In this document: piece by piece, positions 29,944 to 39,451 of the stretch | How positions within the stretch are numbered: the stretch's first letter is position 1 | How the letters are laid out: the number at the start of each line of letters is the position of its first letter | Translations under genes and position numbers: made by a program | Notes under the pieces: generated by a model | Seen by the model: only the letters and a program-made list of their open reading frames with translations | Told to the model about the DNA's origin: nothing | Database searches by the model: none | From: Minisyncoccota bacterium | GTDB lineage: Bacteria > Patescibacteriota > Minisyncoccia > Phycocordibacterales > XYD1-FULL-46-19 | Assembly: GCA_041649495.1 (NCBI GenBank) | Contig: JBAZMZ010000001.1 | Location: 64,623-128,622, forward strand | Reading direction: 5' to 3' | DNA length: 64,000 nt

Positions 29944-30198
29944 CTAGGAGAGATGTTTCGAGACGAGTTTTGTCATCTCAAACATGTTGACGACGGCTTT
30001 GCCATCGAAAACTTTTTTGAGGTTCTCGTCAGCATTGATGTTGCGTTTATTGCTCGGGTCTTGGAGATTTTTCTCCTTAATGTAAACCCAGAGCTTCTTG
30101 ACGACCTCGGAGCGGGGCATTGGTCCTTTGCCGACGACGACAGCGAGGTCTTCGCTGATGGTCATGGGCTTCATAAACGCGGAATTCGGATTGGCCAT
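29944..30198 (-). CDS. SWIB/MDM2-domain protein (84 aa)
   Basis: VVGKGPMPRSEVVKKLWVYIKEKNLQDPSNKRNINADENLKKVF...MFEMTKLVSKHL matches the SWIB consensus nearly position by position. Confidence 0.8.
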   Translation of the reverse strand: MANPNSAFMKPMTISEDLAVVVGKGPMPRSEVVKKLWVYIKEKNLQDPSNKRNINADENLKKVFDGKAVVNMFEMTKLVSKHLS

Positions 30199-30260
30199 GA
30201 TAATATTGTTAATTGGTAATATGAGGCTATTATAGCAGATTCGACGGGAATAAACAAAGG

Positions 30261-30302
30261 AAAAAGCCCTAATTTATCCACCGGACAAATTAGGGCTTTT
30301 TC
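30261..30302 (-). terminator. Bidirectional intrinsic terminator AAAAAGCCCTAATT...AATTAGGGCTTTTT after csp
   Basis: 12-bp stem flanked by A- and T-runs. Confidence 0.6.
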
Positions 30303-30314
30303 TTAGCTAAACCA

Positions 30315-30512
30315 CTAGGCCAAGGCGACCTTGACGGCGGCTGGACCTTTGTCAGTTTCGATGACTTCAAAGGAGACCGTTTGGCCTTCTTTAAGCTCTT
30401 CGAAAGTGACACCGACTAACTCTTTGGAGTGGAAGAAAAGATCCTTCGTCTCGCCTTCGCGAGTGATGAATCCAAATCCACGTGGATTAAGAGTCTTGAT
30501 TGTTCCTGTCAT
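30315..30512 (-). CDS. Cold-shock protein (CspA family)
   Basis: GTIKTLNPRGFGFI...DLFFH RNP1/RNP2-like cold-shock motifs. Confidence 0.9.
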   Translation of the reverse strand: MTGTIKTLNPRGFGFITREGETKDLFFHSKELVGVTFEELKEGQTVSFEVIETDKGPAAVKVALA

Positions 30513-30563
30513 CCTAAGATTATTTTTGGCTACCTAGAAACGCTCGACTTTGTTTCTGTGTCC

Positions 30564-33281
30564 TTAAACACCCTTAGAGTATAGCACAGTCGACAAATTA
30601 CGCCTAATCGTCGAAGCTTGGGACCAGAGCATTTTACGGGTTTCTTCGATAGCGATAATTGAGAGGGCAACCAAAACGGCGGAGGTCCAGTCGCTGATTG
30701 ATAAGGAACTGGTTCTTAAGAATGTTTGGAAGAGGGGATGATAAACGGCCAATAATTGTAGAGAGATAACAATGAGAGTTGCTCCGGCGAGGAATTTGTT
30801 GGTTAAGGGATTGAGTTTGAAAATTGATTCGGTTTGGGAACGGCAATTCCAAGCGTTGAACCATTGAAAAATGGCCATGGTGGTGAGCGACATGGTCCAA
30901 GCTTTAGTGAGATTGGTTTTAAAATAAAGGCTGAAAATAAACAAGGTGCCAAGCATCATGGGGAGAGCCATTAGGATCATTCGTCCAAACATTTGGCCGT
31001 CAACTAAATATTTTCCCGGGCGCTTAAATTTATTTTTTAAAAGACCATTTTCTTTGGGCTCCATGCCGAGCGAGACATCAAGAAAGCCGTCGGTCACAAA
31101 GTTTAGCCAAATAATTTGGGCCGGTAAAATTGGTAAAGGATAGCCCAAAAACATCGCGCCCATAATGACCAACACTTCACCGAGACTGGTTGAGAAAAGA
31201 TAGAGAATTACTTTTTTGATTGTCTGATAAATACTTCGCCCCTCCTCAATGGCGGAAACAATACTGCCAAAATTGTCATCTAAGAGAACAATGTCGGCGG
31301 CCTCTTTGGCTACTTCAGTCCCAATTTTGCCCATCGCCACACCCAGATCGGCAGCGACCAGAGACGAAGCGTCGTTGACGCCATCACCGGTCATGGCGAC
31401 AATTTCACCTCGTTTTTTGTAGGCGTTGATAATCTTTAATTTGTGTTCTGGGGTGACGCGGGCAAAAACCGAAACTCGCTCAAGTTTTTCGGCTAATTGT
31501 TCTTCGGTCCAAGATTCAATTTCTCGACCAGATAAGACTTGGTCGCCTTGGTGATAAATACCCACTTCTTGGGCAATGGCCTTAGCGGTTATTTGGTGGT
31601 CGCCAGTAATCATGACCACTTTAATTCCGGCCGAGGTGGCCTCTTGAATGGCTTCGCCGGCTTCAGGTCTGATGGTGTCGGTGATGCCAAGAAAACCGAC
31701 AAAGGTCAGATTTTGGATTTCATCAGGGACAAGACCTCGACCAACTCCTTGCTTCATGGCGAGAGCCACGACGCGCAAGCCTTTATTTAGCATGGCCGAG
31801 AGGGTCGTTTCGATTTCTTGGCGATTTTTTTGATTAAATTTAATACTTTGGCCGTCGCGCCATAATTTATTTGATAAATCGAGCACGGCCTCTGGTGCAC
31901 CCATGACCGTTAAAAGATTTTTGTTGACTTCAGAATGAATGGTGGCATGATATTTTACTTGATAATCAAAAGGAAAATCGACCAGCCGAGGAGATTCGTG
32001 TTCGAGATCGTTCTGATGAAAGCCGATTTTTTCGGCTAAGACGAGGGTGGCGGCTTCGGTTGGGTCACCCGCGATTTTCCATTCTTGTGATTGGGAATTA
32101 AATATTAATCGAGCATTGGAGCAAAAAGCGGAAATTTTCCCGATTAATAATAATTCAGGATGGTTGAGAGTGTCGATAATTTCTCCTCCCAACCGAATTT
32201 CTCCCTTAGGGTCATAACCATTACTCTCGATATCAAAAATTTGGCCATCAAGATAGATCTTCTGGACCGCCATTTCATTTTTGGTTAAAGTGCCGGTTTT
32301 GTCGACGGCGATAATTTGGGCTTGACCCAAGGCTTCAACCGCCTGGAGTTTTTTGACGAGGGCCTGGCGTTTGCTCATTCGCCAAACACCGGTGGCCAAG
32401 ACGAGGGTCATGACAATCGGTAGCCCCTCGGGAATGACTGACACCGCCAGAGAAATGACGGTAGTGAACATGAGGCCGAGCGGTTCGCCCAAGGCCCAAC
32501 CGAGGCCAAGGAGGGTGAGACTGATTATCGCGACCACCATCACAATTAAGCGCGAGAGATTTTTAATCTCGGTTTTTAAGGGGATATCGTTGGTATCTAG
32601 CGAAATAATTTCTTTTGAAATTTGACCGATGACTGTTTCTAGTCCGGTGGCGACGACTATGGCTCGGCCGTGGCCGGCCACGGCGTTGGAACCTTTGAAA
32701 ATCATATTGGTTTGCTCGGCCGATGTTAGTTTGGGATTTTTTAAATCGCCGGCGATTTTGTGAACGGGGGCTGATTCGCCGGTCATCATTGATTCGTCAA
32801 CTTTCAAATTATCGGCCGAGATAATTCGGGCATCGGCCGCCACTTTTTCGCCCTCCTGAAGAATTAAAATATCGCCCGGCACTAACTCACTCCCGGTCAT
32901 GATAATTTCTTGCTCGTCACGAAGAACGGTGGCGGTCGTGGCCGTGAATTTTCTTAGCGCCCGCAAAGTGTTTTGGGCCTTGCCTTCTTGAATTGTGCCG
33001 GTGAGGGCGTTGAAGATTAAAACAAAAAGAATAATTGAACCGTCAACAATTTCGCCCATTAAGAAAACAATTAAACTGGCGAAGAGTAAAATATAAATAA
33101 GAGAACTTTGGAATTGGCGGACGAAAATAACCAACCAGCCATCCGTTTGGGCGTCAGGCAATCGATTGAGCCCATATTTTTTGAGGCGTTGACGAGCTTC
33201 GCTGGAGCTTAATCCGCGTTCACTTGATTGAAAGAGATTGAAAGTTTTTTCGAGTGAGAGAGTGTGCCAATTTTTTTCCAT
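30564..33281 (-). CDS. Cation-transporting P-type ATPase (type IIA/IIB, Ca2+/Mg2+-like), 905 aa
   Basis: DKTGTLT phosphorylation site, TGES, GDGVNDA, and 10 TM segments. Confidence 0.9.
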   Translation of the reverse strand: MEKNWHTLSLEKTFNLFQSSERGLSSSEARQRLKKYGLNRLPDAQTDGWLVIFVRQFQSSLIYILLFASLIVFLMGEIVDGSIILFVLIFNALTGTIQEGKAQNTLRALRKFTATTATVLRDEQEIIMTGSELVPGDILILQEGEKVAADARIISADNLKVDESMMTGESAPVHKIAGDLKNPKLTSAEQTNMIFKGSNAVAGHGRAIVVATGLETVIGQISKEIISLDTNDIPLKTEIKNLSRLIVMVVAIISLTLLGLGWALGEPLGLMFTTVISLAVSVIPEGLPIVMTLVLATGVWRMSKRQALVKKLQAVEALGQAQIIAVDKTGTLTKNEMAVQKIYLDGQIFDIESNGYDPKGEIRLGGEIIDTLNHPELLLIGKISAFCSNARLIFNSQSQEWKIAGDPTEAATLVLAEKIGFHQNDLEHESPRLVDFPFDYQVKYHATIHSEVNKNLLTVMGAPEAVLDLSNKLWRDGQSIKFNQKNRQEIETTLSAMLNKGLRVVALAMKQGVGRGLVPDEIQNLTFVGFLGITDTIRPEAGEAIQEATSAGIKVVMITGDHQITAKAIAQEVGIYHQGDQVLSGREIESWTEEQLAEKLERVSVFARVTPEHKLKIINAYKKRGEIVAMTGDGVNDASSLVAADLGVAMGKIGTEVAKEAADIVLLDDNFGSIVSAIEEGRSIYQTIKKVILYLFSTSLGEVLVIMGAMFLGYPLPILPAQIIWLNFVTDGFLDVSLGMEPKENGLLKNKFKRPGKYLVDGQMFGRMILMALPMMLGTLFIFSLYFKTNLTKAWTMSLTTMAIFQWFNAWNCRSQTESIFKLNPLTNKFLAGATLIVISLQLLAVYHPLFQTFLRTSSLSISDWTSAVLVALSIIAIEETRKMLWSQASTIRRNLSTVLYSKGV

Positions 33282-33323
33282 CTTAAACCCTATTCTACTA
33301 AAAAAACGACCAGAAGACTAACT

Positions 33324-35513
33324 TTATTTCTTAATCTCGAGAATAATCGGGTGGGGGAGATTGCGATATCCGCCAGAATTATACAAGACGAAATCGGGGA
33401 GACTAATCTTGGCGCCGTCGGCGGTCATTTCAGAAATAACGCCCTTTTGCTTACCCGACAAATCAAACGAGGTCGTGTTTTGGGGGACATTAACGGTTTG
33501 GCCGGTGATCTCGTTATTGATATCCCAGCCGGTAGTTTTGAAGGCGCCGGCCTGAGTCGCGATCTCGAAACTGCCATCTTTCATTACCGAGTCATCACTT
33601 AGATCAAACTCCAAAATATGATCGTAAGAAAAATCCATTTTGGTAGCGTAAATCCCCATCATACCTTGGGGTGGGAAACTCTCGAAGTAATTGACTTTGA
33701 CGGTCCACTTCCCAAGGTAGGGATATTGAGCTTGGGCGGGCACGGAATTTTTTTGCAGATTGCCCTCGGCTTGGTATTTTAGTGTTCCCACATAGCCCGG
33801 GGTGATAGCAAAAAGCGGTTTGATGGTCATCGTTTCGCCTTGGTCGATATCGAAGCAAGAACTGGTATTTTTGATTTTGATTTCCGTCGCTTTGATTTTA
33901 TTTTTTAATTCGGCGTTGGAGAAAATTAACACCACATGGTCAATATTTTCGTCAGCTTTATCGAAACAAAAACTCCGGCTTTCTTTACTGGTCCAGTCTT
34001 CGGTATAAGGGGAGCCAGTTTTGGGATAAATAACCGCCTTGATCCCCGCTTTAGCAGTTTTGCCAGTAAAATTTTTCAAATTTTTGAAAGTCATCTTTCG
34101 GATTTCTTTCTCATCATCAGTGAGAGAATAATTAATGACTTGGGCGGTCAGGGGTGCTAATTCTTGAGTTGGGTAAGGTGTCTCACTTAAACCGCTGACA
34201 AAATTCATTTCGGCATTTTCACCCGATTCAGAGGAATCACTCGGAAAAATTTTACTCAAGTCTCCAGCTTTGTAATTCTCAATCGGCTTTTTATTGTAAT
34301 TCCAGAGAGTGAATTCTTTCCAATTTTTCTTAAATCCGCCGTCAATCGTTTTTTCGGCGCTAGTTAGGGGATTAGGGCTAGATTGGCAACCTTCAAAAAT
34401 TTTAGTTATTGTCATTCGATCATAAGTTCTTGATAAGTAGAAAGGGAAGACATAAGCGCCGTATTCGAAATTGTCACCGTTTTTGAACAAACTGGTGTCG
34501 GGCTTGGGGATAAAGCTCTCGATGTATCCTTGCTCGCTATTTTCTTTTGGATAAATAAAGTCTTCGGACCAAGTCGCCGTGCCTTCAATCCACCACCAAT
34601 TACTCTTAGTTAGCCAGCAATCGAAAGCGCGCTGAAAAGCGTGGAATAATTCGTGAACGGTGGTGGTTTTTAAATCTTTATCACTCAAGTTCTCTCGGAT
34701 AACAATGAAGCTGGAACGGCCATTGCCGTTGTCTGGCACGTTCACCCCCAAGGAGGAGGAATTATCGCTGTTCAGTAGGTGGACATAATTAGCCGGCCCG
34801 ACATAGATATCAGTTTTATCATCACCACCCAGCGTTCCGTCCGAAGGTGGGATTTTGCCCAACAGTCCAACATATTGAGCGTAGGCTCGGTCTTTGTTCA
34901 AATTAGCGACGATTTTTTGGGCCGTGCCATAATAGAGTTTGGTGATTTTTTCTTGACCGTTAATAACTTCTTTTTTCTCGGGATACCAAACTTTGATCTT
35001 GCCGTCCGTGGTGATTAGGGCTGGGTCAGTTTGATAAGAAATTGGCCGGTCAAAGGCTTCGGCGTGATTGATTAAGTTTAGGAAACTGGTTTTCGGCGCC
35101 TCAATTTCGCCGTTCAAGATTTGACTGATAAAACTATCGGGGTTATCGGGGCGCAAGAAATAAGGTTTGAGAATTTTTTTGGTTTCAGCCGACAAATTAT
35201 TCCAATTTTCTTGAACCTCGGCAAAAGTGCCCCCATCTTCAAACGGTGCGTTAGTGGTGAAATATTCTCGGGGCAAAGTCGGATCATTAAAGAGGAATTT
35301 AACTTTATAAATCAGGGCGGTTTCTTGGTTGATTTTGCCTGTCTCCAGCGCGGTTTGGATAAGGTCTAAACCAGTCGTTTTAGTGCTATAGCGTTGATTA
35401 TTGGCGAAATCACTAGTCTCTGTCCCACACTTTTTAATTCCCGACCAGACAAAAAATCCGACAATAATAATGACTAAAACCCCCAGAACGACAAAAATAG
35501 TTTTTTTATTCAT
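33324..35513 (-). CDS. Large secreted/membrane-anchored protein with HExxH zinc-metallopeptidase motif (729 aa)
   Basis: N-terminal TM segment; VHELFHAFQ followed by EGTATWSED (gluzincin-like third ligand). Confidence 0.5.
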   Translation of the reverse strand: MNKKTIFVVLGVLVIIIVGFFVWSGIKKCGTETSDFANNQRYSTKTTGLDLIQTALETGKINQETALIYKVKFLFNDPTLPREYFTTNAPFEDGGTFAEVQENWNNLSAETKKILKPYFLRPDNPDSFISQILNGEIEAPKTSFLNLINHAEAFDRPISYQTDPALITTDGKIKVWYPEKKEVINGQEKITKLYYGTAQKIVANLNKDRAYAQYVGLLGKIPPSDGTLGGDDKTDIYVGPANYVHLLNSDNSSSLGVNVPDNGNGRSSFIVIRENLSDKDLKTTTVHELFHAFQRAFDCWLTKSNWWWIEGTATWSEDFIYPKENSEQGYIESFIPKPDTSLFKNGDNFEYGAYVFPFYLSRTYDRMTITKIFEGCQSSPNPLTSAEKTIDGGFKKNWKEFTLWNYNKKPIENYKAGDLSKIFPSDSSESGENAEMNFVSGLSETPYPTQELAPLTAQVINYSLTDDEKEIRKMTFKNLKNFTGKTAKAGIKAVIYPKTGSPYTEDWTSKESRSFCFDKADENIDHVVLIFSNAELKNKIKATEIKIKNTSSCFDIDQGETMTIKPLFAITPGYVGTLKYQAEGNLQKNSVPAQAQYPYLGKWTVKVNYFESFPPQGMMGIYATKMDFSYDHILEFDLSDDSVMKDGSFEIATQAGAFKTTGWDINNEITGQTVNVPQNTTSFDLSGKQKGVISEMTADGAKISLPDFVLYNSGGYRNLPHPIILEIKK

Positions 35514-35743
35514 ATCTTGGGATTATAACGCAAAATTCCAACTCAACCAAGGAGAAACTAAAAACCCCACCATTGCTGGTTGGGTTCTTAGTGAAGCCAA
35601 GAATATCTATCAATATTATTACAATTGATTGACCGTTCCTTACAGTCTAGTCTTCAATATTCTTAACTCCTTTTTAATTATATTCTTACCTTAAACGCCG
35701 TCAAGAGAGTTATCCACAGGGGATAGGCCAGACTCTCGATTGA

Positions 35744-36649
35744 TTAATTTGCCCTCTGGTCAGCCTGCATTTCTTTTTTCATCTCTTCTAACTTAACTCT
35801 TAGGGCTTCGGGGTCAGCCACTTTTTCTTGGGAGTTAATAATTCCCTTGAAATCGCTTAACTCTTCCTTCTCCTCATAATTTTTTAGTAAGTCAATTCCT
35901 TCAGACGAACCGATGTTATTACATTCAAATTCGAAGTTGCCAGAAAAACTCACGCCCGGATTAGGCGAATTATCAGGACAAGTACCCTGGAAAGAAAAAG
36001 AATCGGGGGTTACAATAGCTCCGTTTTTTAGTGCTCCACCAGCTAGACTAAAATAGGGACACAAAACTTTGGCATCACCCGTTTCTTCATCAACTCGCTC
36101 TTGAGCTAACCCCATGACGGCGCCAATACCTTTGGTGGTGATCATCACCCAATCAGTTCTTTTTCTGTCTGGGGCGGGGTAAAGAATATTGGCATTATAG
36201 TCTAGTCTAACTGGTGCCATATTCTTTTTATAATACTCGGTGATATTACCGCTCTCTTTTGTTTCTAAACTTCCCTCGCCAATCAAGTTGCTGAGGTTAC
36301 CTTGACTGTGATATTTATAATCAATAGTTCGGCCAAGGATATAAAGTTTTTGGTTTTCTTTGTCGAAGACACTAATATCTTCTGAACGATAATCAACCTG
36401 GCCCGACTCACTTCCAACAATAGAATTCTTGTAAGTCCCGGTGATTTTCTCCTTGCCTTGGCAAAAAGTATAACGCTCTTTATCTTGCAACTCTTCGAAA
36501 TAAAGTTTTTCAATCTTTTGTTGGTCTTCGGTTGAAGTATCCGGCGAAGGCTCGAGGTTAAAAGGATTATTTTGCGACAGATAAACTCCACCCGCAATCG
36601 CTCCGGTCGTGGCAATCGCCCCTAAACCCAAAATAAGTTTCTTTTCCAT
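35744..36649 (-). CDS. Secreted hypothetical protein (signal peptide, about 300 aa)
   Basis: MEKKLILGLGAIATTGAIAGG signal sequence; no recognisable domain. Confidence 0.5.
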   Translation of the reverse strand: MEKKLILGLGAIATTGAIAGGVYLSQNNPFNLEPSPDTSTEDQQKIEKLYFEELQDKERYTFCQGKEKITGTYKNSIVGSESGQVDYRSEDISVFDKENQKLYILGRTIDYKYHSQGNLSNLIGEGSLETKESGNITEYYKKNMAPVRLDYNANILYPAPDRKRTDWVMITTKGIGAVMGLAQERVDEETGDAKVLCPYFSLAGGALKNGAIVTPDSFSFQGTCPDNSPNPGVSFSGNFEFECNNIGSSEGIDLLKNYEEKEELSDFKGIINSQEKVADPEALRVKLEEMKKEMQADQRAN

Positions 36650-36651
36650 AA

Positions 36652-37158
36652 TTATAAACCGCAGACCTCGGTCATTGCTGGGCAAGATTGAGCATTTAAC
36701 ATACAGCCGACCTTCTCACTCTTCCACCCAGAGCACTCAGACATACAAGACATTAAGCCTTCGTTATATAAGTTTTGGTCAGCGTTAGGAACAAGAGAGA
36801 GACACTTCATCGTATAATTAGAACAAGCTCCTTCGCAATCAGTCTTAGCATCTATCTTTTCTGGAGTCTTAACTTCGGGGATAAGTAACTCGGCAATTAA
36901 TTCTGGCTTCTGGGTTAATTCTTGACAAGAGTTGGCTTGGTTGAGATGATCTTTTGTTTCTTGACTTAAGTTATCACAGTTCTGCTCACAAACTTCTTTA
37001 TTAATAAGCGAGGGGCAAGTTTCAACCGCTTTTTGGCAAGTGAGGACACAGTCTTTGCTAACCTGTTTGCCGCCACCACCACCTTTGCCCCAATAGGCCA
37101 GAGCGCCAAGGCCAATCACTCCCACGATCACTATCCCGATAATTAGTTCTTTTTTCAT
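36652..37158 (-). CDS. Cysteine-rich secreted protein (19 Cys in 168 aa)
   Basis: N-terminal TM/signal segment and regularly spaced Cys pairs. Confidence 0.5.
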   Translation of the reverse strand: MKKELIIGIVIVGVIGLGALAYWGKGGGGGKQVSKDCVLTCQKAVETCPSLINKEVCEQNCDNLSQETKDHLNQANSCQELTQKPELIAELLIPEVKTPEKIDAKTDCEGACSNYTMKCLSLVPNADQNLYNEGLMSCMSECSGWKSEKVGCMLNAQSCPAMTEVCGL

Positions 37159-37345
37159 ATTCGTTGATTATTTACTTCTCGGTTTCTTTTTCGCTGCGAG
37201 CATTGCCTTCTTGACCGCCAGACGCTTTTTGGTTTTGGGTGAGCGTGAGGTTTTCATTTTGCCGACCCCGGTGTGTCTTTTCCCCATAATTTTTATTTTT
37301 AAAATTAGGACTACTAATAATTAATAATTATTACACTCGCTTAAT

Positions 37346-37552
37346 TTATTTAAGATATTTGCCGGCGATACTAAGAGCGAAAGAGGGGAGAATGATGAAA
37401 ACACAAGCCATCAGAAGCTTGGCGAAAACTTGATTTATTGGCTCGCTGTCATTCGGCCCGCCAAACAAGATTAAACCGAGGCCGACCAGACCAAAGGCGA
37501 TTGAAGCGAAGATAAAAATCCGGGTAGCTATTTTTTGCATAAAGTTAAGCAT
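37346..37552 (-). CDS. Small two-TM membrane protein (68 aa)
   Basis: Two hydrophobic helices; ORF only. Confidence 0.3.
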   Translation of the reverse strand: MLNFMQKIATRIFIFASIAFGLVGLGLILFGGPNDSEPINQVFAKLLMACVFIILPSFALSIAGKYLK

Positions 37553-37612
37553 AACATAAAAATTGCTAACATTCCACCGTCAAGGTGTCATCTGCCGATT
37601 ATTTATCGTTTC

Positions 37613-38662
37613 CTATCTCCCATAGTCCTTATGGCCAAAGCCGCTTAAGTCCTTTTTGGCTTTTTTAATAAATTTCCCAAAGTCACGTTCCTTTTCTCTT
37701 TTTTCAATATTTGTCAACTCATAAAATTCAGCTTCTTTTTTTAATTTAATATAATTAAAATATTTTTCTTTATCCAAGGTGCCAGATTTTAAGGTAGACA
37801 ATACCGCGCACCCGGATTCTTGGGTATGGGTACAATCCTTATATTTACATCCGTCCGCCAAACTAGCTATTTCACCGAAAAAATCATTGACCCCTTCAAT
37901 GTTATCAGTCATCCCTACCTCTCTCATTCCCGGGTTATCTATCACGATACCTCCATTTTCAAGAAAATACATCTCCCTTTTGGTGGTGACATGTTTCCCT
38001 CTTCCCGAGTAAGTAGAAATATCTTCTGTTCTCAAAATATCTTTTCCAAGTAATTTATTAATCAGAGAAGATTTACCAACTCCTGATGACCCAAGAAAAC
38101 AATAGGTCTTGTCTTTTAAAATAAATTTTTTTAATTCGTCTAGACCCTCATTGGTTACTGTGCTAGCCAAGACGACATCAATCTTATTAAATCTATTTTT
38201 TATCTGAGACAAGACTAAATCTAATTTTTCTTTGGTAATTAAGTCAATCTTATTTAGAATAATTGCCACTTCGGCCTCACCGCCGGTAGCAATAGTAAAA
38301 TATCTTTCAAAACGATTTAGACTAAAGTCCCGGTCAACTGATTCAACTACAAAGGCAACATCAATATTTGTCGCAATAATTTGTGTTTCGTTTTTATTAT
38401 TGCTTTTTCTTTTTATAATCGTTTTTCTCGGCAATATTTTTTGAATGACGGCGTTTTCTTTGTCGGCCATCATAATTTCCACCCAGTCACCAACAGCAGG
38501 GTAATCTTCTCTTGAACCTGACTCGAACATTTGCTTGCCCGTAATTTTTGCCAAAAATTCACCGGCCGAAACTTTGACCTTATAAGCTCCTTTGTATTCA
38601 GCAATGACTCGCGCGACTATTGTTTCAGAATTTATTTTGTTCATACCTCGCCAATATACCAA
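37613..38662 (-). CDS. rsgA: Ribosome small-subunit-dependent GTPase A (RsgA/YjeQ)
   Basis: Circularly permuted GTPase motifs (NKIDL...GSSGVGKSSLINKL) and C-terminal zinc knuckle CKYKDCTHTQESGC. Confidence 0.85.
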   Translation of the reverse strand: MVYWRGMNKINSETIVARVIAEYKGAYKVKVSAGEFLAKITGKQMFESGSREDYPAVGDWVEIMMADKENAVIQKILPRKTIIKRKSNNKNETQIIATNIDVAFVVESVDRDFSLNRFERYFTIATGGEAEVAIILNKIDLITKEKLDLVLSQIKNRFNKIDVVLASTVTNEGLDELKKFILKDKTYCFLGSSGVGKSSLINKLLGKDILRTEDISTYSGRGKHVTTKREMYFLENGGIVIDNPGMREVGMTDNIEGVNDFFGEIASLADGCKYKDCTHTQESGCAVLSTLKSGTLDKEKYFNYIKLKKEAEFYELTNIEKREKERDFGKFIKKAKKDLSGFGHKDYGR

Positions 38663-38833
38663 AAATTCCCCAGCGGTTCTACGTCCTAACTAGGGTAGGC
38701 AAAAATACGTTGGATTACATTAACGAGTAATATGGGCTTAAGACTAATCGACAATAAGGCCACTTGTGCTTTTACTGGCTTACTGCTACAATAATCCTAA
38801 GTATTCCTAAAAAGCGGAATATAAAGAGCTAAA

Positions 38834-39451
38834 ATGCAATATTTAGACCTTAAGAAGCAATTAAAGGATTTTACCATTTTTTCAATCAAGGATATTGAAA
38901 AGGTTGATTTGTCGTTCCATAAGCAAAGATTAAGTGAATGGCAGAAAAAGAATTATGTCAAAAAGATTCGCCAAGGTTTTTATATTTTCTCCGATCTTGA
39001 AATAAATGAACCGGTGCTATTTATGATTGCCAATCGGATTAATGAACCCTCGTATATCTCATTGGAAATGGCCTTGTCACTTTATGGTCTTATTCCCGAA
39101 GCGGTCTATGGCTTGACTTCGGTCACCTCGCAAAAGACCAAGACTTTCAAGACTCCCGTCGGTGATTTCATTTATCGACATACTCGGCCTGAACTCTTAT
39201 TTGGTTATGAGCTTCGAGAATCTAATGGCCAGCATTATCAGATCGCTGAAATTGAAAAGGCCGTTCTCGATTACCTCTATTTCAACTCAGACCTTAAGGA
39301 CGAAGAGTCTTTTCGGGGTGTTCGGTTTAATGTTGACGAGTTTAAGGAAAGAGTAAATTTAGCCAAGTTTAATAAGTATCTTAGGGCTTTTAACAGCCAG
39401 GCCTTGGCTAAGCGAGCCAAGAAGTTTTTAACCTATATTGAACATGCTTAG
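38834..39451 (+). CDS. abiEi: AbiEi-family antitoxin / transcriptional regulator (type IV TA, abortive infection)
   Basis: About 200 aa; overlaps the downstream AbiEii gene by 14 bp; N-terminal wHTH-like region; matches AbiEi family architecture. Confidence 0.6.
   Translation: MQYLDLKKQLKDFTIFSIKDIEKVDLSFHKQRLSEWQKKNYVKKIRQGFYIFSDLEINEPVLFMIANRINEPSYISLEMALSLYGLIPEAVYGLTSVTSQKTKTFKTPVGDFIYRHTRPELLFGYELRESNGQHYQIAEIEKAVLDYLYFNSDLKDEESFRGVRFNVDEFKERVNLAKFNKYLRAFNSQALAKRAKKFLTYIEHA

Noticed and set aside
29881-30219. 112-aa plus-strand ORF
   Set aside because: Antisense shadow of the well-supported SWIB-domain gene.
37168-37287. 39-aa polybasic ORF (MGKRHTGVGKMKTSRSPKTKKRLAVKKAML...) as a ribosomal protein gene
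   Set aside because: No convincing match to L32, L33, L34, L35 or L36 signatures by eye. It is kept only as a note within the secreted-cluster finding.
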